A stretch of 63,879 nt of DNA, filler included, from Octopus bimaculoides (lineage: Eukaryota): NCBI RefSeq assembly GCF_001194135.2. It is 6 parts of 6 records of this genome, joined end to end, with 100 filler letters (N's around TTAATTAATTAA, not from the genome) between each part and the next. Parts side by side here need not be neighbours in the genome. Positions count along the whole stretch, not along the records: positions 20,947 to 36,903 come from NC_068987.1; positions 37,004 to 56,343 come from NC_068984.1; 4 more parts are not named here. One strand, given 5' to 3'. Both the position numbers and the translations under genes were made by a program. Of this stretch, positions 27,441 through 40,679 are shown piece by piece. The notes below the pieces were generated by a model that saw nothing but the letters and a program-made list of their open reading frames with translations, had not been told where the DNA came from and made no database searches. Numbering within the stretch: position 1 is the first letter of the stretch; the number at the start of each line of letters is the position of its first letter.

Positions 27441-27617
27441 TCATGCACTCAGTGGTCCTCTACTGCGCTCAGTGCTAACAAACGACAAACCATTATGTGC
27501 GAGATCTGTCTTTTCTAAACCTTCGATTGCAAGCGATTCCATCGTGCTTTGCACAAAGACGTGGGGAAGAGATGTGGCGTCGTCCATAGCAGATGAGAAA
27601 CCAGAAGACTGACTGCG
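27441..27617 (-). CDS. Weak candidate exon (strand ambiguous)
   Basis: Minus acceptor ttttcttttcttaccag then RSQSSGFSSAMDDATSLPHVFVQSTMESLAIEGLEKTDLAHNGLSFVSTERSRGPLSA*; the same bases read as a plus-strand donor CTG|gtaaga at 27621. Confidence 0.2.
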   Translation of the reverse strand, partial: RSQSSGFSSAMDDATSLPHVFVQSTMESLAIEGLEKTDLAHNGLSFVSTERSRGPLSA

Positions 27618-28070
27618 CTGGTAAGAAAAGAAAACGTGCGCGTGCGCGTGTCTGTGTGTGCGCGAGAGCTTACGTGTGTCCAAACATCGCTTGACAACCG
27701 GTGTCGGTGCGTTTACGTTTCTGTAACGTCACGTTTCGGGAAAAGAGACGGGTGGAATAAGTAACATGCTTTAAAATAAGTAATGGGTTTGATTTGTTCG
27801 ACTAAACCCTTCATAGCTGAGCCCCAGCATGGCCGCAGCCAACTGAATAAAATAACAGAATAAAAGAATAAAAGAATGCACACTCGAACACATATAAACA
27901 CGTTTATGATAGAGAATACTTCTGCGTATAAAGCACGACATCACATTTCGAGAAATGGGCCGCATAAGACATGGCCCATCATGAAGAAGTGGAGGTGGTG
28001 TCTCTACTACTATACTATTTCATTGTAATTTTTCTTTAGGCTTGCTTTTCAGAAAAATACCCCAGGCTGC

Positions 28071-28268
28071 ATGCGGCCCAGACGCTGCATGCGGCCCAGA
28101 CGCTGCATGCGGCCCAGACGCTGCATGCGGCCCAGACGCTCTATGCCGCCCAGAAGCTCTATGCCGCCCAGACGCTCTATGCGGCCCAGACGCTCTATGC
28201 GGCCCAGACGCTCTATGCAGCCCAGATGCTCTATGCGGCCCAGACGCTCTATGCGGCCCACAGGCTGT
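28071..28268. repeat. 18-bp minisatellite ATGCGGCCCAGACGCT(GC/CT) x11, within a hAT/Charlie-like terminus
   Basis: Eleven units counted; followed by ggctgtagtttg, which resembles the Charlie-type right end gcggcccgcgggccgtagtttg; an inverted gggccgcat lies at ~27958. Confidence 0.85.
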
Positions 28269-28733
28269 AGTTTGTCTCTGACCGGTGTAAACTCTATTAA
28301 AATGACTATATTTCTATGTAATTTATAAAATATCGACCAAAGTGGAACTGGATATTAATTTTCTCATAAGGAGCTTCAACGTTTCTGAAGGAACCCCTTA
28401 ATTACTTCAACGTCATCCGCCAGACAATGACCTCATTAACTCCAGGTTAATTAATTTCTAATCTATTGTGATAATAGAAATTACAGAATATATCACTTCT
28501 CCGTATTTACATCCGATTGTAATTCTCTACTTGAATTTAATTTATTTTTATTTTGCCCCCTGCAATCATTTCAGTTACAATTAAAAATTTATTGACACCA
28601 GCCATTTACATGCGTGTATGTAGACACGTGTGTAGACACATACTAATACATATACACCCATAGACACCTTTCAATATATATATACATACGTGCGCAGAAA
28701 TATACACACATAATATCACACACGCACACGCAC

Positions 28734-28785
<52 letters not shown>

Positions 28786-28808
28786 CTTGGGATTCAAATG
28801 TCGACATA

Positions 28809-28911
28809 GATCTCTCACATGTTTTGGCAAGACATTATGGCAAGACATAGATGTTTTGGCAATACAGATGTCGACATCTATTTAATATCTTGCCGAAACA
28901 TGTGGGAGATC
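28809..28911. repeat. Imperfect hairpin abutting a gap
   Basis: gatctctcacatgttttggcaagacatta pairs with taatatcttgccgaaacatgtgggagatc. Confidence 0.7.
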
Positions 28912-31204
28912 NNNNNNNNNNNNNNNNNNNNNNNNNNNNNNNNNNNNNNNNNNNNNNNNNNNNNNNNNNNNNNNNNNNNNNNNNNNNNNNNNNNNNNNNN
29001 NNNNNNNNNNNNNNNNNNNNNNNNNNNNNNNNNNNNNNNNNNNNNNNNNNNNNNNNNNNNNNNNNNNNNNNNNNNNNNNNNNNNNNNNNNNNNNNNNNNN
29101 NNNNNNNNNNNNNNNNNNNNNNNNNNNNNNNNNNNNNNNNNNNNNNNNNNNNNNNNNNNNNNNNNNNNNNNNNNNNNNNNNNNNNNNNNNNNNNNNNNNN
29201 NNNNNNNATATATATACACACATACATACATACATACATACTTTATATTAATACAAAAGTGACTGAAAGGCCATATGATATTGCACATATCAAACTGACA
29301 TCAAAGGTTATAATTGTTTGATATTGAATAAGATGTTCAGAATTAATGTTGTTTCGTGGTCACAAAACAAAATATTTGGGAAAATGTTCTAAATTACATT
29401 TTAGCTTAACGATCAATATATTCGCGTGACAAAGCCATCAATGAAACATTTTTCTAAAGATAACTTGAGAAAAAGTTTTCCTTATTTTTTTTTCCCTTCA
29501 TATGTAAAACAAGAAAACAAGCGAACGAGTGAGGAAAATTGTCTACATCGATTATCTTGTGAGGTTAAATGTTCAATGAATAGCTTTTGTAATCGGTTCC
29601 GTATGTACTGAGAAAATTGCTTCATGTTTTACATTGAGTCTGGAAATTTCGTCAAACGAAGAACTATCAGTCACAAAATATTTGAATTTCAACTGAAAAA
29701 CAAAGCATAATTCTAATTCTAGAACAATTATTGAGGTATTATTTAACCTTAGTTTTCGATTTTTTCACTGTTGTTNNNNNNNNNNNNNNNNNNNNNNNNN
29801 NNNNNNNNNNNNNNNNNNNNNNNNNNNNNNNNNNNNNNNNNNNNNNNNNNNNNNNNNNNNNNNNNNNNNNNNNNNNNNNNNNNNNNNNNNNNNNNNNNNN
29901 NNNNNNNNNNNNNNNNNNNNNNNNNNNNNNNNNNNNNNNNNNNNNNNNNNNNNNNNNNNNNNNNNNNNNNNNNNNNNNNNNNNNNNNNNNNNNNNNNNNN
30001 NNNNNNNNNNNNNNNNNNNNNNNNNNNNNNNNNNNNNNNNNNNNNNNNNNNNNNNNNNNNNNNNNNNNNNNNNNNNNNNNNNNNNNNNNNNNNNNNNNNN
30101 NNNNNNNNNNNNNNNNNNNNNNNNNNNNNNNNNNNNNNNNNNNNNNNNNNNNNNNNNNNNNNNNNNNNNNNNNNNNNNNNNNNNNNNNNNNNNNNNNNNN
30201 NNNNNNNNNNNNNNNNNNNNNNNNNNNNNNNNNNNNNNNNNNNNNNNNNNNNNNNNNNNNNNNNNNNNNNNNNNNNNNNNNNNNNNNNNNNNNNNNNNNN
30301 NNNNNNNNNNNNNNNNNNNNNNNNNNNNNAGTAATTAATTTTGTTTCATTCCAAAATAAATGTTACAAAATTAGTTAACTGAAGAAAATATACAACATAG
30401 ACACGTCCACATGCTACCGCACTCCACTACCACCATCACCACCACCACTACCACCACCACCACCACCACCACCACCACCACCACCGGCACAACCACCAGA
30501 ACCTCCATCACCGTTGCCATCACCATTTGACCTCTCTAGTTTCAAACTTTTTGATCTGGTGCCATAGTATTTTAGACTATTCAATTAGCACCACGACAAC
30601 CAAGAATTTCGATGGGGATAAAAAGCGGAAACACTTTCTCGATCATAAATTTTCAATTAATTACGTGTTTAATTAATGTCAACTCACATACTCTTAAAAC
30701 TGTCTAATTAAAGCTCTCCAAATTCGTCCTGAAATAGAAACATCTGGAATATTTATTTAAACATCCACATTGAATTTTGGAATCAACAAGAATAGCAAGA
30801 TATTTCTATTTTTTATTTCAAAATCTACATTCTTATTTTAGCCAAAAATATATTCCAAAGAAGATAAAAACTATTTCGTTTATTCCTAATCGGTGGGATA
30901 CATCCATACATACATACATACATACATAGATGGGGCCCGGGATATATATCACACTACCTAAATACCAATCTTGAGAAATTAGGCTTCTCAAAATCAGAAA
31001 GGGGAAAGCTAATTCGAAGACTACATAATTTAAAGCCATCAGTGGAACTGTAAAAATCTGTAAAACTTCCCAGAAGTTTATCGTTTGAATATATATGAGC
31101 ATGTCTAGATATGTAGCTATATGCATGAAAATACATACATAAAACATACAAATCTGCACACACATACATACATACATACATACATACATACATACATACA
31201 TACG

Positions 31205-31235
<31 letters not shown>

Positions 31236-31539
31236 CGGAGATGTACTTGGCTGGTGAGTGATTTGATATAAAAGTGTGTTAAAACTAAAACAATTACTGT
31301 GTAGACGACATATTAGTAGGCTTTCAAAAACAAGCAAAAACTATTCCTTTCACTTAAAATTTTCTGCACAGAGAATTATATCCGCTTTTATATGCAACTG
31401 CACATGCTCTGTGCTGTGGAAACACGTGTAGGTCGTCGTAGGCATAAAAAAAAATGCTGTGTGACAAACCGTAAAATAAAAGGAAATAAACTTTGAAGAT
31501 GTACCACTCTCCATATTCTCTATCGTTACAAATATTAAT

Positions 31540-31570
<31 letters not shown>

Positions 31571-32020
31571 CACATACACACAAGCACACTCAAACCACAA
31601 ATGCACACATACACAGACGTGTGCGTGTTTGCGCGCGCCGTGCGCTTGTGTGCGGAAGTGATACCGAAACAGAGAATGAAAGAAAGACAAAAGGGCTGAA
31701 GGAAAGGGCGTCCCTATGTGTAAGTGTGAGGTTGGTAAAGAGATTGTGAGAGGGTGTCAGCAGGTGTATATGTGTGCCCGTTAATGTTGGTACCAATCCT
31801 TGTTTTATCACAGGCCGCGCGATAACGATTCGAAATAGGAAATCTAAGTTTCCACGGCAAGTTGCTTTTTATGGTCTAAACAACAATAAAATTCGGAAAC
31901 TGAGATAATATAATCTCATATTGACTTGACAACGCTTTAACATAGAGACGGGTGTGTGTACGTGTGTGTGTGTGTGTGTGTGCGTGTGTGTGTGTGAGTA
32001 TCTATGGTANNNNNNNNNNN

Positions 32021-32062
<42 letters not shown>

Positions 32063-32127
32063 TCCGTATTTGTGTGCATGTTGGAAAAAGCGTACATATA
32101 CGAGTGAGAGGGCATATGTGTGTAGAA

Positions 32128-32216
32128 GAGGAAGAAGAAGAAGAAGAAGAAGAAGAAGAAGAAGAAGAAGAAGAAGAAGAAGAAGAAGACGATGATGATG
32201 ATGATGATGATGATGT
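32128..32216. repeat. (GAA)n(GAT)n microsatellite
   Basis: Directly visible. Confidence 0.95.
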
Positions 32217-32389
32217 GTATTCATGTCAATGAAACCTAACTAGTGGTGATGTATGAGAAGAAGGAACGAACTCGGCTCTGTTATCATCTGGTGTTCAGAT
32301 GAACAAATAACGGCTAACGTATGTGTGTCGCTCGCTCGTGCCGATTGCTCAGAACGGAGGGCGAGGCCCACCAGAGAGAAAGTCTCTGC

Positions 32390-32490
<101 letters not shown>

Positions 32491-34114
32491 CGTGCGTGTG
32501 CGTGTGTGGCATAGAGGCATATGACGTCAGAGGAGTGTAGAAATTGCTGCAGTGTCAAAAAGTTTTTCCTGCATGCAGAAGATTGAAGAACAAGAAAAAA
32601 AAAGACGAGTAGGGTCGTAAAATGTAATCTAACTGAGTACATAAAGTACATTGTATAAACGTGAGATATCTTGGTTGGATAATTAAGGCAACACTTGAAC
32701 ACGAAACACAATGCCTCTGAAAGAATTATCTCCAGATTCATCAAGCAGCAAATGCAGGGAGGTGTAAAACGTGCCTCTTTTACGTTGTTCGTCCTTTTTC
32801 TTTTTTTTTTTTTTTCTCAAATCTCTTTTAGTCTTTGAGTTGTTTGTCTCCTGATCTGTAACAGCCAATAAGGAAGCTATAAAAAACGAAACGGCTTTTG
32901 ACGCCACGCACAGCAAGATTACAGTGGTGCAACAACGGTAAAAGACAAAGCTCATGATAAATGTGGAATGGTTTGATATCTTTATAGCAGTTTGTCTTTT
33001 ACAGAGATCTTAATTATGGTTAACAGGCATCGTTCAGAAGAGAATAAAATGTTATCTTAAATTCAGGAAATGTTACGCATCGTAGAATTTGGATGTCAGA
33101 TTCAGATCCACAGAAAGAAAATCTGGGTGGATTCACTCAGAGACGCTAATATTGTTTGTAAAGCCATGACCTTCTTCAAACATCTGAAGGGGTGGTCATG
33201 TATTAATGAATAAGTTAATTATGATAACATGGAGAAAAACACTGCACGCTTGTATTTTTAAAAGAAATTCATCCTTTATAGAAATAACACAGGCTCTGGC
33301 ACAAATATGGATACCGGATTAAGGAATTCGTTTCGCAGTCAGTCGGTCTTAGACATGATGCGTCTGCGCCGAGAGTCAGTGGTGCTGTGTTGATGGAAAC
33401 TGTCCGGAAACCTATCGGATGGATTAGACTTGTAATGCAAATGCACAGCTATGATGCGGACACTTGTTTTTTTTCTCTTTCTCGTCCTCCCCCTGATTCC
33501 TCAATCCTTCTTCCCTCTACCACTCTCCTTTCCTTCCACGTGATCGGTGTTCGGCCAAGCATGATCTGTCTTTCTTGGCTCGACTGCCAGACACGACGCA
33601 TCTCTTATCCCTGTCTCCTGACTTTCATCTCATATGTTCAACTGCTATGTTCCTGCCTCAAGGCTTTCACTCCACACACACACACCAGCTCAACTTGATT
33701 TCTTCTCTATTAGTCCAAACACACCTGTTGTCATTTTCTTCTTGTTTGTATTTGTAACTGAGTAATATTTTCTTCGTTTTTTGTTTTGTTTTTTATTTGT
33801 TTGTTTGTTTGCTTTTTTGTTTTGTTCCTTTAGGCCTTTGTTACCGCCCACATTCGCTTGCTTTCTCCCCCAAAATATTTAATGCTCTTAGCTTAGATCT
33901 TTGGGGCCGGCCAGATTTGAACAGTCTCAAGTGTAACAGGCTGAAACTGTAAGACTAATCTGGAAACTTGACTGATGAAAGAAAGCCATGAATGGCCCGT
34001 CCTTGTTTTGTCCTGTCCGTCTTTTTGTTGCTTTTCCTGTCCGTCTTCCTATCGTCTATCTGTCTGGATGTTTTATTGCCGTTTGTTGCATTCTTGTTCC
34101 ATTTTTTGTATATA

Positions 34115-34173
<59 letters not shown>

Positions 34174-34199
34174 CACGTTTATCAATTCGTTTTGCAAGA

Positions 34200-34382
34200 T
34201 TCCTGGTGTGAAATCGTGTGTTGAAACAGATATTTTTTTGTTTTTGTCTTTTTTACCAAATAATCACACGCACTATATATTTTTTCTTAACTCGTTTATT
34301 ACTTTTCTCATTTTATTATTTTAACTTAAGTCCTTTGTCTGGAAATCTTTCGTCACACATCTGTGACCTCTTCAGCGACATG
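34200..34382 (-). mobile_element. Penelope-like terminal repeat fragment carrying a minimal hammerhead-like motif
   Basis: Minus 34380-34336: TGTCG CTGAAGA G GTCACA-GATG-TGTGAC GAAA GATTTC CAGACA. Confidence 0.55.
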
Positions 34383-34559
34383 TTTTAAAGGGGCACCAGG
34401 CCTCTCTACTACTTTAATTCGTATATTAGCCTTACTTAATGATTTTCTAAAAAGAAATGCTAGTTCGCCGCCAGGTATAGCATCAACCAACATGACACTT
34501 TGTTTTTTTTGTTTTTTTTTGTCTTTTTTTTGTCATACCAAGTGCTGGCCATATTTATC

Positions 34560-34930
34560 TAATTACCGGTCCTTTCGTGCTGTTACAGGATTATCTGGAA
34601 TTTGTTGGAGATAATCATCCAGGAACTTTTTGAAGGTTATGAAATCGTTTTCCTCCTTTATGTTTTAGAATGATGTTAAAAAGAGCAGATCCAGTTGAGG
34701 AGAAGTAGTTCTGTCTTAGTGTTGTGATGTGCTGAGAGCACGATTTCTGTAGAGGACGCACGCACGGGGACCACGCCCTGGGTAAATTTTAAAAGTGATA
34801 CTGATATCATTTGGGCAATATTGCCAGAATAATTTCCACATCATACAAATAATAAAACGCTCTCGGGGGTACTGGGGAGAATACAGTTTGAGATTCGTAT
34901 GTCGATCCCAATAATTAACACTAGACATGC
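34560..34930 (-). mobile_element. CR1/L2-like LINE ORF2 C-terminal remnant
   Basis: LKLYSPQYPRERFIICMMWKLF...CPNDISITF...RG and FITFKKFLDDYLQQIPDNP match the conserved ORF2 end (LYSLQRRRER...FKRxLDxFLxxIPDxP). Confidence 0.7.
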
Positions 34931-36375
34931 CACCAATTTTTGTGTTTTTTTTCGTAATTGATCACTGGGGCACTGCAAGCTTTTTACTGTTCGCTATACA
35001 GCGCTATCACATTAAATTGTCTGTATGTTTCAATATTGATTAAACTATTACAACTAGTCTCTAGTACAGTTCTATAGTAATAATGTAAATAATGTCGTCT
35101 CCAGTGTTTGTATTTCTTTATTCTAGGATCGATCTCTTGTATCATGACATGATAGAATTAACCATGTGTGTAAGCGATATGGGCGTGATATTAAGAAATT
35201 CGTCAAACAACCACATCGTTCCGAGTTCGATTTATTGCACAACACTTTGTTACTAAAACAAGTATGTTCAACTAGACACTTTAACACGATCGAATTTTTA
35301 CGAGCAATATGTGACTCCAGCTTTGCAACGCACCCCCCCCCCCACACACACACACATACACACACATGCATATGCATATAGGCAAATTTGATGTTGAAAA
35401 TGCACATATATTTGAAAAAACTTGTATTTGCTTAAAATAAATTTTATTTACACATATAGCAAACTAGTTTCAAGAAAATTTTTTGTTTGTATATTTCCTT
35501 ATCTCTATCTTTCAATACATCTCAACGCTTCTAAAGCAAACCTTGTTTGCTGACTTTCAACGTAAGTTGAATTTAGCGTCTTATAAAGCTAGATTTACAT
35601 ATCCTAAATTTGCAGAAGAATTTGTCATTGGGACAGTTTAGCTTCATAGTAAAGGACTTGACGCGTAATCACAAGAATGTGAGTTTGAATCTCATGGTCA
35701 GTCCGAGACTATAGTAGAAAATACATTTCCAAGATGCTACACGGTGGGACTGAACCCGGAACCATGTGTTTAGGAAACAAGCTTCTTATGTGAAACCTAT
35801 AACAGTTTCACATAAAACAGCTGTAAGAATTTGTCCCTTTTTCGTTTGCTAGATGTCCTTTTAAATTTGAAATTTTAATTGTTGATATGACATAGTATGT
35901 TATAAGTGTGTGTATATTGTCTTTATTGTTGCTTTGTTTGTAAAATAAACGGATTAATCAACAGAGTACAGTGTCTGCAAGTTGATGAGTACCTCATATT
36001 CCCCTCCATTCTCTTATTGCTATATATATATATATATATATATCAAAGACGAAATGAGATAACAAAGCTAAGGGTGTGAGGAATATTGAGGACATTTATA
36101 ACGAAAAAGATATAGTCTTAAAGCTGTTTCTGGGATATTGTGGATATCCCTTCGTCAGAGACTATGTGAGATGGTTAAATACAGGTATATATTTAAATCA
36201 AATATTTACGTTCAGTGGGACTGAATCCGGAATCATTTGGTTGGCAAGCAAGCTACATACCACACTNNNNNNNNNNNNNNNNNNNNNNNNNNNNNNNNNN
36301 NNNNNNNNNNNNNNNNNNNNNNNNNNNNNNNNNNNNNNNNNNNNNNNNNNNNNNNNNNNNNNNNNNNNNNNNNNN

Positions 36376-36443
<68 letters not shown>

Positions 36444-36583
36444 TGTGTGTATGTGTGTTTATGTGAGTCTGTGTGTGTATGTATATATGTATGTATATAT
36501 ATATACATATAAACATATATATATATAAACATAGATACATATATATATCATATAAATATAATACATATATATATGTATGTATT

Positions 36584-36630
<47 letters not shown>

Positions 36631-36903
36631 CAAGAATAAGGGCAGGGAATCGTCAATTAATAATAGAATTAATAATTAACAAATTTGCCAAGTAGTTCAG
36701 TATGAAAAAAACCTTTATCGGTAAAACTATTTATCATCATAAATATACAGGGATTAGCAATTGAGTTGCTTCTCCAACATACTGAAAATTTAGAAATAGC
36801 AGTCAAAGAACTACTGATTCTAAACTACAAATTTTTCTCTAAAACGGATGGCGATATTTATGGCACACATAGAACAAAAAACCGGAGGGAAAAGCGTAAA
36901 CAA

Positions 36904-37003
36904 NNNNNNNNNNNNNNNNNNNNNNNNNNNNNNNNNNNNNNNNNNNNTTAATTAATTAANNNNNNNNNNNNNNNNNNNNNNNNNNNNNNNNNNNNNNNNN
37001 NNN
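36904..37003. other. Assembly join spacer
   Basis: TTAATTAATTAA at 36948-36959 within N runs; start of the piece carrying the DPP exons. Confidence 0.9.
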
Positions 37004-37536
37004 TATATATATATATAGAATGGCAGTGCCCCGGCATGGCCACACCTCATAAACTGAAACTAGATGAAATTTTTAAAAATAAATAAAATGAAATAAAAAT
37101 ATAGATATAGATATAGCTGAAATGCTCCAATTTCCAATGCTGGAAATCAGTGCCTTTCAGTTATAAAGTATTAAAGAATACTCTACATTTGAATTGTGTC
37201 ATGTAATTTATCTCTTCTGGTGAATCAACAGAGATTTATATATATATTAATTATTGTGAAGATATAAATACCTCTTAGAAGGATGTTAGCATCCAAGCTC
37301 CCCAATTTTATCTAGTGTATCATTGAAATATTTTTCGGTCAATTTCTCACCCTGACGAAATGTTCAGTTCACTGTATTCAAATTACATCTTTGATTTAAT
37401 TTAATTTAGTTATTTGATATTTGAATTAATTGAATATGGAAACAATTGTAGTTTATAAGATATTGATGTTGCTTGAAATTGGATTTGTATTTATAAATTG
37501 ATGTCTATCTGTCGATTTCTCCATTTTCTTTTTTTA

Positions 37537-37572
<36 letters not shown>

Positions 37573-37811
37573 CGTGCATGTAGGTTAGTATGTGCTTTCA
37601 TTTGCACTTCTTTACTGTGTTTTTCTCTGCTAGTCCCGGCCAAAAGACAGCTTGTTTGTTCAACCAATCATTATATCTCTATCTATCTTTCATTTTGATG
37701 AAGTATCTTCATCTAACATCCAATTTTTTTTTCTTTCCTCTGGAGAACTGGATCAGCTTATATACAATATGTCCCTATTGTATGGGTTCTACTCAGCCTA
37801 GGAAAATGCAA

Positions 37812-37854
<43 letters not shown>

Positions 37855-37879
37855 CACATTTTCTTTTGTCCTTTTACAC

Positions 37880-38260
37880 GTTTCAGTCATAAGACTGTGG
37901 CCATGCTGGTGCACCACTTTAAAGAATTTTAGTCGAATGAATTGACTCCAGTACTTTTATTTTTTAAAGCCTGGTACTTATTCTATCAGTCTCTTTTGAT
38001 GAACCACTAAGTTACTGGAATGTAAACACACCAACACTGGTTGTCAAGTGGTGGTGGGAAACAAACACTTACATGCACACACACACACACATATATATAT
38101 GATGAATTTCTTTCAGTTTCCCTCTACCAAATCCACTCACAAGGCTCTTGTCAGCCCAAGGCTATAGTAGAAGACACTTGCCCAAGGTGCCATGCAGTGG
38201 AACTGAACCTAGAACTATGTGGTTGAGAAGCAGGCTTCTTACTGCACAGTAACTCCTGTG
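37880..38260 (-). mobile_element. Second SINE family, near full-length copy
   Basis: Reverse complement of the 9680-type head (38130-38260) and of the cagcatggcc...gactgaaac tail (37880-38000). Confidence 0.75.
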
Positions 38261-38898
38261 CCTATATATATATACACTGAACCTGAAGAGGGCCAGCGAT
38301 CAAACTGATTGAAATATAATATTAAAAACATAAAAGTTAATATCAATATTCTGGAAAATGTAAATTATTGCAATAAAGATATTCACTAAAAATAGTAGAT
38401 TAGTAATGCTCTGCATCAGCAAGAAACAAACAGTAATCAAAAGAGAAGTGATACTATGTTGCTTCTCTATAGCAGATTTCTGTCAGTCAAAGTTGATCGT
38501 GCACCTGCATGTGTATGTACAGATTTGAGTGAAAATTTTTTTTCAGGGAATCTGTTGCCCATGCATGAAAGTTTTTCCCCTTTTATATGTCACCAACGTT
38601 TATCCAAAGGAGAGGTCATCTGTTGATGGCTTCTCTTTTAGATAAACATTGTAGGCTGATGTACCTTGGCACCTGTGCCATGATAGATGTTGTTGTTAGA
38701 ACACAAAGAGCTGAGAAATATGCCAGAAGGCATCTGGCCCAACCCATTAACAGTTCTGTCAATCCACTGCCCTTAATTGATACTCTCTTTTTTTATTAAT
38801 GATAAAAGATAAAGTTGATCTCGGCAGGAATTGAACTCTGAGTGCAGAGAGTCAGAGCAAATATCACAAGACTTTCTAATATCCAAACTACTCTTCTA

Positions 38899-39115
38899 CG
38901 AGGGGATGCTGAAAAGTTCCTGTCTTTGAGTAAAAGAAAATACTGGAGGCTCAGTTAATTATGATTTTATTGAACATAATCGCCTCTCAGATTCACACAC
39001 TTATTGCAGTGCTCCTTCAGTTTTTCTAAGCCTTGTTAAAGAACCCGGAAAGTTGGGCCTCCAACCAAGCCTTTCACAATACCCTTAAAACCAGGATCTT
39101 TTCAGCACCCCCTTG
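38899..39115. mobile_element. Mariner-derived MITE with TIRs and TA target duplication
   Basis: TA|cgaggggatgctgaaaagttcctg ... ccaggatcttttcagcacccccttg|TA. Confidence 0.8.
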
Positions 39116-39265
39116 TATGGAGCACCAAAACATTAACAGCCTCTGTTGCATCTCCTGGCACACCAACACTCACCACTGTTTTGTTGTTGTTGTTTTTTTA
39201 ATTACAATAATCTCTTTCAGTGAAAATGAAGCAATTCAATTTTATAACTAACTTTACATTTGCAG

Positions 39266-39341
39266 AAACTTGGGCCAGGATGTATATACCACCAGTATTA
39301 AAAGATGAAGAAATTTTGACATATCCCCTGCTAATTGATGT
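39266..39341 (+). CDS. DPP4/FAP-like dipeptidyl peptidase (S9B), exon a
   Basis: ttacatttgcag|AA ACT TGG... (E)TWARMYIPPVLKDEEILTYPLLIDV|gtgagt; equivalent of DPP4 FWYQMILPP...KYPLLLDV; phase 1 to 2. Confidence 0.9.
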
Positions 39342-40457
39342 GTGAGTTATATTTACATATTTAAAAGTTATTTTTTTAGGATTGTTTTAGAAATATTCCC
39401 TATGCTATGAACAAAGCCCATTGTTTGTTTGCTTGTGTTGTTTTGATTTTTTTCCCCAGTTCAATTTTATATTGCATGTGCAGAGAATCTTCTTGTAAAA
39501 TGTGCACTAATGGAACATCTCCAACCTTACAAACTTATCAAACATAAATAGAAATTAAATTATTGAAGTAATTCTCACATCTCATAACTTTAGAATTGCC
39601 CACACGTAATAGTCAGATAGCCAGGAATCAAATGTCAGCTCTACCTGTAGAGCCTACAGCATGCATTCATAGTTTCATGGGTTTGGTGACAGTTTAGAAA
39701 ATACATTTATATCATCATCACCATTATCATTATTTAACATCCACTTTTCCATGCATGCATGCATGGTTGTACAGAATTTGTTGAGATGGATTTTCTGATG
39801 CCAGATGTTCTTCCTGTTGCAAACCCTCACCAAGTAAGGTAATATAATATATTTCCAACAGTGATGGTTATCCACTTCTTGGTAAAGTTGTTTTTATCGG
39901 GAGTTGTTAGCTTCTTTTAGACTTTTAGGGATCCAAGATCGAGCAATATCCATGTCCATCTTAATACATTTTAATGGTCTCTGAACTACAGTGATCTGTA
40001 TAATATTGGATGAAGTTAATGTTCATAACTGTCCTTACTAAGTGTGCATTTGCGTACATGTGTATGTATCTGTATATATTTGGACAAGCCTATAAATTAA
40101 TACATTATCATAGGCACTTGAAATAAACAATTCTGTGTTTAAATTCTTATTGCTTCATTTTGATATTTATAGAAATCAAAGCTTTTTATTTACTTTTCTG
40201 AAACATATTGGACAAACTGTGTTATCAAAGAGACCAAGAACAACATTACTAACTTAGAAGTCGAACCTTTAAGGTGCCATGCTTCAACTTAATCATCGTC
40301 ACCATTTTATTACTCCATAACCTTTCTTTTAATCTGTCTCTCTAAATATAAACATAAATATAATGCATGTTAGGTGGAGGGGTTTGAAATAAGGTCGAAG
40401 TTATTTTACCACGATATTTAGAATATCTTAATTTAGTTGTCTATCATATATCAATGA

Positions 40458-40679
<222 letters not shown>

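Noticed and set aside
28042-28328. Repetitive ORFs (CGPDAA)n, (MRPRRC)n and a CRISPR-like appearance
   Set aside because: 18-bp tandem units without spacers; frames are open only because the unit is divisible by 3; eukaryotic context, no cas genes.
32683-32955. 90-aa minus-strand ORF with a hydrophobic N-terminus
   Set aside because: The poly-Lys comes from a T-run; no supporting exon structure or recognisable domain.
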